Below are positions 18,791 through 26,503 of a DNA stretch of 32,000 nt, piece by piece; position 1 is the stretch's first letter; every line of letters begins with the position of its first letter. This DNA is from an uncultured bacterium (lineage in GTDB: Bacteria > Bacillota_I > Bacilli_A > RF39 > UBA660): positions 5,466 through 37,465 of the forward strand of contig CAUERX010000008.1 of assembly GCA_959020415.1 (NCBI GenBank), read 5' to 3'. Under the pieces are notes generated by a model that made no database searches, was not told the origin of the DNA, and saw nothing but the letters and a program-made list of their open reading frames with translations. Position numbers and translations under genes: made by a program.

Positions 18791-19213
18791 TTATTTTTGA
18801 ATCATATTTAAAAGATTGATTTTGAACATATCTTTTTCAGCATGCTCTTTAGAAACCATAACACCTTTATAAGTTACTAGTTCTGATTGATGACCTTCAC
18901 TTAAAATATCTTCAGGACTTAAACTTCGAAGAACGATTATCTTATTAGCTTCATCTAAAACATAATGAAGCCTTACTTCGCCATGGACTTTTGTAAATAA
19001 GGCATCTGTTGGCAAGGTTATTTGGTACTCCTCGGTTCCATCTTCAAGTGTTACTTTTTCACCAAGAAGAACACCGCTTTTTAAAGATGGATAAAATTCA
19101 AAATATAGTTTTTTAAAAGCAAGCATGTTATATTTTTTTAATGCGCTTTCTAATTTTTTAAATTCATTTTCATTGTCATAACCAAAAATGTATTTATCTG
19201 CTTGTTTTGGCAT
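18791..19213 (-). CDS. hypothetical 140-aa protein (faint RelE/ParE-like strand pattern)
   Basis: The ORF has an AGGAAG RBS and a helical N-terminal third. The segment VHGEVRLHYVLDEANKIIVLRSLSP resembles the core beta-strands of RelE/ParE-fold proteins. This is not a confident assignment. Confidence 0.5.
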   Translation of the reverse strand: MPKQADKYIFGYDNENEFKKLESALKKYNMLAFKKLYFEFYPSLKSGVLLGEKVTLEDGTEEYQITLPTDALFTKVHGEVRLHYVLDEANKIIVLRSLSPEDILSEGHQSELVTYKGVMVSKEHAEKDMFKINLLNMIQK

Positions 19214-19320
19214 AGGTGGTCTTCCTTTCTGTCTACTTTCCTACTATAAATTAATAGTAACATAAAAACAAAAGGAAAGTCAATTATTTAGACTTTTATT
19301 TACGCTTATTTGGCAAAGAA

Positions 19321-19340
19321 AAACACGCAAATGCGTGTTT
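19321..19340 (-). terminator. intrinsic terminator of the 328-aa membrane protein gene
   Basis: On the minus strand: TAA ACACGC ATTT GCGTGT TTTTCTTTG. The stem is G:C-rich and starts at the stop codon, followed by a T-run. Confidence 0.75.
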
Positions 19341-20325
19341 ATTTAGTTTTACCAGTAGCTACAAATCCTTTACTAGTTAAAGAACTATCATTACAACTAC
19401 TCCATTTATATGTATTATTGTTGTTTTTATACGTACGATCGCGATAACGATAATATGTAACATTTTTATAAGTGTTTTTAGTTACATAATTTGGCATTGT
19501 TTTAACACATGTTACAAAGCTATTATAACTACCACCATTATCAAAATCTGATGGACAAACATAAACTATTTGTTTTTTACCATCTTTAATAACTGTTACT
19601 TTTTTAGAGTTTTGTGTATGTTTATAAGTACCTGATTGTTCAACGACTGTACCAGTTTTAACTTTTTCTGTTTTAATTTGAACTTGTCTTGAATTTGATG
19701 AACTTATTTTATTAGTAGTCCATGCTGACCAATTACCATAATTAGTCCAACCAGATGTTATTTTAACATACTGGCATTGATTATTATCTGTGCTATTAGA
19801 ACTAGAATTTTGTTCTTCAAGGTTATTTGAAGTTTGCTCTTCTTTATTTTCAGTTAATTTTTTTTTTTCGCAAACGTCACTTGTACAATATTCATAAGGT
19901 CCAATATAACTATTTATATATGCTGTCTTATCGGTACAAGCTAAGTTTACTTTTAAACTATAATCTGTTTTATTTTTAGTTACTTCAACGTATGATTTTT
20001 TATTATCACATTTTTTGCCTTTACTATCGGTAAATTCAACTAATAGGTTTTTATTTAACATTTCACCTAAAGTAAGCTTTTTGGTTTTACCTTCTTCTTC
20101 TGGTAATCTTGAACCATTATAGTATGCTAAAGCGGCATCTTTCATGGTTTCAATATTTGTATTAAATACTTGATTATTTGAAGTTCCAAGTTTTTGATCA
20201 ATTAAATTTTTAACATAGTTTTTTGTTGGAAATAACCAAATAACTATGAAGATTAGTAAAACGATGAATAAAAGTCTTAAAATTATATCTTTAAATGCAA
20301 ATCCTGGACGTTCTTCTTCATACAT
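19339..20325 (-). CDS. membrane-anchored, Cys-rich surface protein; possible divergent pilin-like protein
   Basis: 328 aa. The N-terminus MYEEERPGFAFKDIILRLLFIVLLIFIVIWLF has G-F-x-x-x-D followed by a long hydrophobic helix. Next comes KKLTLGEMLNKNLLVEFTDSKGKKCDNKKSYVEVTKNKTDYSLKVNLAC, then an S/N-rich linker and a beta-rich C-terminus. Confidence 0.6.
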   Translation of the reverse strand: MYEEERPGFAFKDIILRLLFIVLLIFIVIWLFPTKNYVKNLIDQKLGTSNNQVFNTNIETMKDAALAYYNGSRLPEEEGKTKKLTLGEMLNKNLLVEFTDSKGKKCDNKKSYVEVTKNKTDYSLKVNLACTDKTAYINSYIGPYEYCTSDVCEKKKLTENKEEQTSNNLEEQNSSSNSTDNNQCQYVKITSGWTNYGNWSAWTTNKISSSNSRQVQIKTEKVKTGTVVEQSGTYKHTQNSKKVTVIKDGKKQIVYVCPSDFDNGGSYNSFVTCVKTMPNYVTKNTYKNVTYYRYRDRTYKNNNNTYKWSSCNDSSLTSKGFVATGKTK

Positions 20326-20355
20326 ACAGATCTCCCCCCCTTAAATATGCAACCT

Positions 20356-20384
20356 ATATTAACACAATAGATAGTATTTGTCAA
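20356..20384 (-). promoter_or_regulatory. strong sigma-A-type promoter of the 328-aa gene
   Basis: On the minus strand: TTGACA (20384-20379), 17-nt spacer ending in TGt, TAATAT (20361-20356). The leader is short and contains AAGGGGGGGAGA 5 nt before the ATG. Confidence 0.55.
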
Positions 20385-20418
20385 TTTTTTAATTTATTTT
20401 TTTCAATACAATTAATAA

Positions 20419-20437
20419 AAAAGACTTAAAGTCTTTT
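20419..20437 (-). terminator. hairpin plus T-run downstream of the pilin-lipoprotein operon
   Basis: On the minus strand: AAAAGACT TTA AGTCTTTT followed by TT. Confidence 0.45.
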
Positions 20438-20479
20438 GATGCTTTAAATCTTTTTGTTTTAACACTGATTTTTCTAAGA

Positions 20480-20512
20480 TAAAGCTTTAATGTACTAGTA
20501 TTTAAAGCTTTA
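20480..20512. repeat. perfect 11-bp inverted repeat with an 11-nt spacer
   Basis: TAAAGCTTTAA (20480-20490) and TTAAAGCTTTA (20502-20512) are exact reverse complements. The spacer contains the palindrome TACTAGTA. The repeat lies 9 nt past the lipoprotein stop. Confidence 0.8.
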
Positions 20513-20521
20513 GGCTGTTTA

Positions 20522-20929
20522 TTATTTTTTTATTGTTGTTTCGCTCAACTCATAATCAAAACTAGTAATGTTTTGTATTTCAATATGTGTTGTGACAATA
20601 TAGTCTTCGCTTAAGTTTGGTGGGATTGTAGCGATAGTATTAACAGGAACACCATCTTTAGTATTAATGGTAAAGTTAGCTAAATAAGCTTGATCTTTTT
20701 TAGCACTGATATTTTTAATAACAATCACACCTTCTTTTCCCTCGGTTTTAAGGTCAAAGCTAAATCCTTTATCTTTTGTTGTTTTTATTGTGCCATCTGT
20801 AACTTTAACTGTTTTAACTTTTTGCTGACTATCATTTGGTTCTTTTTTGGTAGTATTATTTTGCTCTTTTTCACAGCCACACCCAGTTAATAAAACTGCT
20901 GTTATCATAAATATAATTATTTTTTTCAT
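20522..20929 (-). CDS. lipoprotein, function unknown
   Basis: 135 aa with signal peptide and lipobox MKKIIIFMITAVLLTG|C. GGAGG RBS. It starts 10 nt after the pilin-like gene's stop. Confidence 0.8.
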   Translation of the reverse strand: MKKIIIFMITAVLLTGCGCEKEQNNTTKKEPNDSQQKVKTVKVTDGTIKTTKDKGFSFDLKTEGKEGVIVIKNISAKKDQAYLANFTINTKDGVPVNTIATIPPNLSEDYIVTTHIEIQNITSFDYELSETTIKK

Positions 20930-20939
20930 ATTTAACCTC

Positions 20940-22541
20940 CTAATAGCTTATATGAATTTGGATATAAGTAGCATAGCCAACGTTACCAACTTTATCAATA
21001 CTACGGATCCCCATAGTAATCCAAGTGGCACCATTATATCCTGAACCATCAGCTTTCCAAGACCAGTTTGCACGACCAGCGGAATCAGTCCAGCCATATG
21101 TTGGCGCGGTTCCGTTATGGTTCCATGAAATTTGATAATCCTCAGTTTCAATACCACTTCCTGCGTCAGCATATTGTCTTAAGAATGAAAAATCATACCA
21201 GCTATAGTGGCCAGTTGAAAAATAGAAATCACAATATGTATCACTAAGGGTTCCACCTTTACCTGTACAATTATCAGTAACGTTATTCATCGTTCCTTGT
21301 TTATCAACACCAGTAACTTTTGGAGAATATGGTGGTGTTTTGTCAATTCTTATGGCACCAGCATTGTAAATATTTTGGTTACCAGCATTATCGGTTGCTA
21401 CAAGATAAACATTATTGTTACGGCTTGCAGACCAAGTTCCTTTAACATATGTAGCAGATGATCCAGCGTCCCAATCATTTAAAGGACTAGAACCATCTGA
21501 TGAATAGCTATATTTTATACTATTCATACCCGAGGTGGCATCACTAGCATTGGCAGAAATAGTAACATTATTTTTGGTCCAATTACCACCACCGCTATTA
21601 GATACATTACTTATCGAAGGTTTAGTTGCATCACGATTAACATTCACTGAACATTTATTAACATTTCCAGCTTTATCTTCAACATATCCATAGAAAGTTG
21701 TGCCTTTACTATCTGAAGATAAAATGCCGGTTGTTTGATTATTATAAGTAGGAGTAGTCGCAGTTGAAACACCGAAGCGATTTACACCACTAGTTTTATC
21801 ACTTTTACTTAGGGTTGTGGTTACATTGCCTGTATACCAACCATTATTTCCTTTAGTTCCGCTAGCACTAAGACTACAAGTTGGCAAGTCATTATCAATC
21901 TTTAATACTGGATATTCATCTTTAACAATAGTTGGTCCTTCCATTCGGGCCATAACTTTACCCGGAGCTGTAAAGTTTTCAGTTTGTTTTTTATTTCCGC
22001 TTACTAATTTCCAGGTTTTACCACCATCAATACTATATTTATTGACGTAACCACTGCCCATATCAGGGTAATTTATTACAACATATTTACTTTGGGTCCA
22101 CTGACTATTATCCTTAGGACCAACTTCAAAGGTAATATGTTTATATTTGATTTCACTACATGAAGAATCTGAATCGACGATTTTAAATTTACGAACTCCA
22201 TTTTTATCAATAGTTACTTTAACCACTTTTTCTTTTAGCTTTGGATCTTTAGATGTTACATCTTTTAAGTCCTCAGTTATTTTGCCATTGTCAATTAAAG
22301 TTTGAATTGGAATACAGTATGTATTTCCTTCAGTATTTGGATACTTGTCTTTGTCAGAGTCCATGTAAAGATTAGTCGACTCTTCGATCATTTTCTCCTG
22401 GGTTGACTTAGTATCACCTTCACTAACTCTTACTTTATTTAAAATCGTTGGGACTATAAGTAATAGTAGCAATCCTAAAATTACTAATACTCCTAATATT
22501 TCTGTTAACGTAAATCCTTTTTTCTTTTTCATATTCCTCAC
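20940..22541 (-). CDS. large modular type IV pilin/pseudopilin-like protein (prepilin-type N-terminal cleavage/methylation motif plus Ig-like modules)
   Basis: 533 aa. MRNMKKKKG|FTLTEILGVLVILGLLLLLIV is a textbook class III signal (G/FTLxE plus a hydrophobic helix). A pilin-like head follows with Cys76 and Cys128 (..TYCIPIQTLIDNGKI..). After it come about 400 aa containing two similar modules. Confidence 0.85.
   Translation of the reverse strand: MRNMKKKKGFTLTEILGVLVILGLLLLLIVPTILNKVRVSEGDTKSTQEKMIEESTNLYMDSDKDKYPNTEGNTYCIPIQTLIDNGKITEDLKDVTSKDPKLKEKVVKVTIDKNGVRKFKIVDSDSSCSEIKYKHITFEVGPKDNSQWTQSKYVVINYPDMGSGYVNKYSIDGGKTWKLVSGNKKQTENFTAPGKVMARMEGPTIVKDEYPVLKIDNDLPTCSLSASGTKGNNGWYTGNVTTTLSKSDKTSGVNRFGVSTATTPTYNNQTTGILSSDSKGTTFYGYVEDKAGNVNKCSVNVNRDATKPSISNVSNSGGGNWTKNNVTISANASDATSGMNSIKYSYSSDGSSPLNDWDAGSSATYVKGTWSASRNNNVYLVATDNAGNQNIYNAGAIRIDKTPPYSPKVTGVDKQGTMNNVTDNCTGKGGTLSDTYCDFYFSTGHYSWYDFSFLRQYADAGSGIETEDYQISWNHNGTAPTYGWTDSAGRANWSWKADGSGYNGATWITMGIRSIDKVGNVGYATYIQIHISY
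21314..21869 (-). repeat. protein-level tandem duplication (two Ig-like modules) inside the pilin-like CDS
   Basis: Module 1: NGWYTGNVTTTLSKSDKTSGVNRF...YVEDKAGNVNKCSVNVNRDATKPSI. Module 2: GNWTKNNVTISANASDATSGMNSIKYS...VATDNAGNQNIYNAGAIRIDKTPPYS. Both share the W-T-x-N-V-T...D-x-TSG...D-x-AGN...D-x-T-x-P pattern common in bacterial surface Ig-like domains. Coordinates are approximate. Confidence 0.5.
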
Positions 22542-22549
22542 CTATTTTA

Positions 22550-22578
22550 ATTATAACCGATTTAACTTTTTTATTCAA
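22550..22578 (-). promoter_or_regulatory. sigma-A-type promoter of the pilin-like operon
   Basis: On the minus strand: TTGAAT (22578-22573), 17-nt spacer, TATAAT (22555-22550), then AGGTGAGG just before the ATG. Confidence 0.55.
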
Positions 22579-22608
22579 TATTTATTAAAACATTTTTTTC
22601 TATAATAA

Positions 22609-22628
22609 AAAGGCTAAAAATAGCCTTT
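22609..22628 (-). terminator. intrinsic terminator after smr
   Basis: On the minus strand: AAAGGCTA TTTT TAGCCTTT followed by TTATTAT. The hairpin overlaps the TAA stop. Confidence 0.6.
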
Positions 22629-22914
22629 AAAATTTATTATTTATCGTTTTCTTTATTTCGGCAACGGTACAACCATTATTATAATAATATAATTTATAAT
22701 CGAGAACATTTTTGTTATCTCTAAGGGTTTTATGAGTTTGTTTTTGTAAAATACCAGAGCCGATGCCATGAACAATGACAATTATTTCATTGCCCATTTT
22801 TTGATTATCTTTTATAAAATCATCGATAGCAACTCTTGCAGTTTCCCTATCAAAGCCATGAAGATCAAGTGATGGATAACTATTTATAAATACTATATTA
22901 TTTAACTTCGTCAT
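22627..22914 (-). CDS. stand-alone Smr-domain protein
   Basis: 95 aa. It contains LDLHG (..YPSLDLHGFDRETARVAI..) and the HGxG motif (VIVHGIGSGILQ), both typical of Smr/MutS2 C-terminal domains. Confidence 0.85.
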   Translation of the reverse strand: MTKLNNIVFINSYPSLDLHGFDRETARVAIDDFIKDNQKMGNEIIVIVHGIGSGILQKQTHKTLRDNKNVLDYKLYYYNNGCTVAEIKKTINNKF

Positions 22915-23797
22915 AAACTTCCTGCATTTCCTCTAAAGAAGGAATTGAACGGTATCCACCTACTCTAGTTACTGATAAGGCGCCTGCAATATTAGCAAAT
23001 TTTAAAGTTTTTTCGTAGTCAAAATTATTAGCTAATCCATAGACAAAGGCTCCATGGAAAATGTCACCTGCACCAGTTGAGTCGATGGTTTTGACCTTAA
23101 TAGATGGCATGATTTTTACTTGCCCTTGATAACGATACAAACAGCCCATACTTTCTAAGGTAATAACAATATTGTTTTTAAACATACTTTCCATTTGATT
23201 ATAAACATCAATTAAAGTTCGCTTATTATTGAAATCAATTTTAATACCGGTAACTTTTTCAGCAAATTCTTTTGAGCACACCAAATAATTAACCATGGCT
23301 GCTAATTCGGTAATTTCTCTTTTATCGCGGCTAGCATCAATAACACTAATAGCTTTAGGATATTTTTTTAGCAGTTGTTTACTGGCTTCATATTCATATC
23401 CGTCAATTAAAATAATATCTGGGTTTTTTTGTGGTAAAAAAACTGGCATATTATTATGTTTTGGACTATAACATAAAATTGTTCTGGAACCATTACTTCG
23501 GTTAGCTAGAACAACGCTATGGGAAGTTCCAAGATCATCATTTAAAATTAAGTTTTCGGTATAAACACGATTTAAAGCAAACTCTTTTTTTATTTTACGA
23601 CCAAAGTCATCGTTGCCTACTTGTCCAGCGATTTCAACATCTTGGCTCCATTTACCTAAAAGGAACGCCGCAATACTAGCCGGTCCACCAGCGCACTCTT
23701 CTTTTTCATGATATCTTGTTTTAGTATTTTCAACTGGAAAGCTATCACAAGGAAATGTTATGTCATAAGTAACATGACCAACACATAAAATACGCAT
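22898..23797 (-). CDS. PfkB-family carbohydrate kinase (ribokinase-like)
   Basis: 299 aa. It has an N-terminal GG-containing sugar-binding region and the C-terminal signature DSTGAGDIFHGAFVYGLA. The substrate cannot be called. Confidence 0.88.
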   Translation of the reverse strand: MRILCVGHVTYDITFPCDSFPVENTKTRYHEKEECAGGPASIAAFLLGKWSQDVEIAGQVGNDDFGRKIKKEFALNRVYTENLILNDDLGTSHSVVLANRSNGSRTILCYSPKHNNMPVFLPQKNPDIILIDGYEYEASKQLLKKYPKAISVIDASRDKREITELAAMVNYLVCSKEFAEKVTGIKIDFNNKRTLIDVYNQMESMFKNNIVITLESMGCLYRYQGQVKIMPSIKVKTIDSTGAGDIFHGAFVYGLANNFDYEKTLKFANIAGALSVTRVGGYRSIPSLEEMQEVYDEVK

Positions 23798-26418
23798 TAT
23801 TTTTTCTCCTTAAGTGCAGCTCTTGCGGCAGCTAAAATAGCAACTGGTACGCGGTATGGTGAACAAGATACATAATTTAGTCCTATTTCATGGCAAAATT
23901 CAATGCTTTCAGGATTTCCTCCATGTTCACCACAAATACCTAATTCGATATTTGGATTAACAGATTTAGCTAATTTAATAGCCACCATAATTAATTTGCC
24001 AACACCATCTTTATCAATTGTTTTAAATGGATCTTTTTGGAAAATGCCTTTTGCATAATAGTCATTTAAAAAAGATCCAGCATCATCTCTCGAAAAACCA
24101 TATGTCATTTGAGTTAAATCATTAGTTCCAAAACTGAAGAATTCCACTTCTTTAGCAATTTTATCGGCTTGAATTGTACTTCTTGGAACTTCGATCATTG
24201 TTCCTAATTCATAATCAATATTCTTATGTTTTTCTTTCATAACAGCTTCCGCTTCATTAGTAATAATTTCTTTTAAATATTCTAATTCTTTAACATCACC
24301 AATTAAAGGTATCATTAATTCTGGTAAAACTTTATGGCCTTGTTTTGTAACTGTAATTGCAGCTTCAATTATAGCTCTTGTTTGCATTATAGCAATTTCT
24401 GGATAAGTGATGGCTAAACGGCAACCGCGATGCCCCATCATTGGATTAAATTCTTTTAAGCTTTCAATTACTTCATAAAGCTCTTGCTCAGTCATCTTTA
24501 AAACTCTGGCTAATTTTGAAACTTCTTCTTCGGTTTTTGGCAGAAATTCATGTAGCGGCGGATCCAAATATCTAACGGTAACTTTTTTACCGCTCATGGT
24601 TCTAAATATTTTTTCAAAGTCTTCTCTTTGCATTGGTAATAATTCTTTTAAAGCTTTCTCACGTTCTTCTTTAGTGGTAGCTAAAATCATTTTGCGTATT
24701 GCAAATATTTTGTCTTCTTCAAAAAACATATGTTCAGTTCGACATAGACCAATGCCTTCTGCACCAAAACCTAAAGCTGTTTTAGCATCTTTTTCGGTAT
24801 CAGCATTGGCTCTAATTCCAAGTCTTTTTATTTTTTTACTCCACTCCATGATTGTTTCGAAAGCGCCACTTATTTTAATGTCGGATGTTTCAACAGTACC
24901 AATATAAACTTTTCCAGTGAAACCATCTAACGATATACTATCACCTTCATTTAAAACATGGTTATTACAAGTTATAGTTTTGTTTTCTTCATCAACTGTA
25001 ATTTCATGACATCCACTAATACAACAGCGACCGATTCCTCTAGCTACTACAGCTGCATGACTAGTCATTCCGCCTCTAACTGTTAATATTCCAACAGCAC
25101 TATTCATGCCTTCAATATCCTCAGGTGAAGTCTCAACTCTAACTAATATAGGGTTTTTACCATTAGCTTTGGCTTTAAGTACATCTTTAACAGTAAAGTA
25201 AATTTCACCAGACACTGCGCCGGGTGATGCAGGAAGTCCAGAGGCTAATAAATTAACTTTTTTCAAAGATTCTTCATTAAAAGTTGGATATAATAAATCA
25301 TCTAATTTTTCTGGTTCAATACGCATTAATGCTTCTTCTTTAGTAATTAATCCTTCTTCTACTAAACTTGTAGCAATTTCTAAAGCAGCTAAAGTTGTCC
25401 TTTTACCATTTCTAGTTTGTAACATATAAAGTTTACCTTTTTCAACAGTAAATTCCATATCCTGCATGTCTTTATAATGGCGTTCTAATATTTTAGATAT
25501 GTCTTTTAAGTCTTTATATATACGTGGATAATCACGTTCCATGGCTTCGATTGATTTAGGGGTTCTAACACCAGAAACAATATCCTCACCTTGAGCTTTT
25601 TCTAAATATTCGCCATAAAGATTGTTGTCACCATTTGATGGATTTCTTGAAAAAGCAACGCCAGTTAATGAGTCATCGGTTAAATTACCATAGACCATTT
25701 CTTGAACGTTAACAGCAGTGCCTAAATTGTCGCTTATGCCATTCATTTTACGATAAATTTGGGCTCTTTCGGTATTCCATGAACGAAAAACGGCTTTAAT
25801 AGCTTCGATTAATTGAACCCTTGGATCTTCAGGAAAAGCTTCTTTAGTTAATTTGCGATATATTTTTTTAGACTCCATAGCGATATCGTACATGTCTTCA
25901 GCCGTTAATTCAATATCAGATGTCACGCTTCTTGAAGCCTTTTTTTCAGTTAAAAGTTTTTCAAAGGCATCTTTGCCTTTACCTTTAACAACATCGGCAA
26001 ACATCATAATTAGGCGACGATAAGAATCATAGATAAAACGAATGCTACCTTCATCTTTGGCTAAAGATTTAGCGATTTCATCATTTAATCCCAAGTTTAA
26101 AACAGTATCCATCATTCCAGGCATACTAATTGGGGCCCCACTTCTAACTGAAAGTAAGAGTGGGTTTTCAGGGTTTCCCATCTGTTTAACAGTTACTGAT
26201 TCTAAACGCTCAATGGCATCATTTATTTGATCGATGATTAATTCATCTAATTTCTCATTTTCTTCATAATAACGGGTACATGCTTCGGTTGTTACTGTAA
26301 ACCCCTTGGGTACTGGTAAGCCCATATTAGCCATTTCAGCTAAATTAGCACCTTTACCGCCTAAAATAGCACGCATATCCTTGTTTCCTTCACTAAATAA
26401 ATAAACGTATTGTTTCAT
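23797..26418 (-). CDS. ppdK: pyruvate, phosphate dikinase
   Basis: 873 aa. N-terminus ..GGKGANLAEMANMGLPVPKGFTVTTEAC, phospho-His motif GGMTSHAAVVARGIG, and a C-terminal PEP-utilizer TIM-barrel domain (..GICGEHGG..). Confidence 0.97.
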   Translation of the reverse strand: MKQYVYLFSEGNKDMRAILGGKGANLAEMANMGLPVPKGFTVTTEACTRYYEENEKLDELIIDQINDAIERLESVTVKQMGNPENPLLLSVRSGAPISMPGMMDTVLNLGLNDEIAKSLAKDEGSIRFIYDSYRRLIMMFADVVKGKGKDAFEKLLTEKKASRSVTSDIELTAEDMYDIAMESKKIYRKLTKEAFPEDPRVQLIEAIKAVFRSWNTERAQIYRKMNGISDNLGTAVNVQEMVYGNLTDDSLTGVAFSRNPSNGDNNLYGEYLEKAQGEDIVSGVRTPKSIEAMERDYPRIYKDLKDISKILERHYKDMQDMEFTVEKGKLYMLQTRNGKRTTLAALEIATSLVEEGLITKEEALMRIEPEKLDDLLYPTFNEESLKKVNLLASGLPASPGAVSGEIYFTVKDVLKAKANGKNPILVRVETSPEDIEGMNSAVGILTVRGGMTSHAAVVARGIGRCCISGCHEITVDEENKTITCNNHVLNEGDSISLDGFTGKVYIGTVETSDIKISGAFETIMEWSKKIKRLGIRANADTEKDAKTALGFGAEGIGLCRTEHMFFEEDKIFAIRKMILATTKEEREKALKELLPMQREDFEKIFRTMSGKKVTVRYLDPPLHEFLPKTEEEVSKLARVLKMTEQELYEVIESLKEFNPMMGHRGCRLAITYPEIAIMQTRAIIEAAITVTKQGHKVLPELMIPLIGDVKELEYLKEIITNEAEAVMKEKHKNIDYELGTMIEVPRSTIQADKIAKEVEFFSFGTNDLTQMTYGFSRDDAGSFLNDYYAKGIFQKDPFKTIDKDGVGKLIMVAIKLAKSVNPNIELGICGEHGGNPESIEFCHEIGLNYVSCSPYRVPVAILAAARAALKEKK

Positions 26419-26503
26419 ATATTTTATCGCTCCTTTTTACTCTTTTATTATTATATCAAATTATAGTTTTTAATAACTAATGGATTTATATTCTTTACAG
26501 TTT

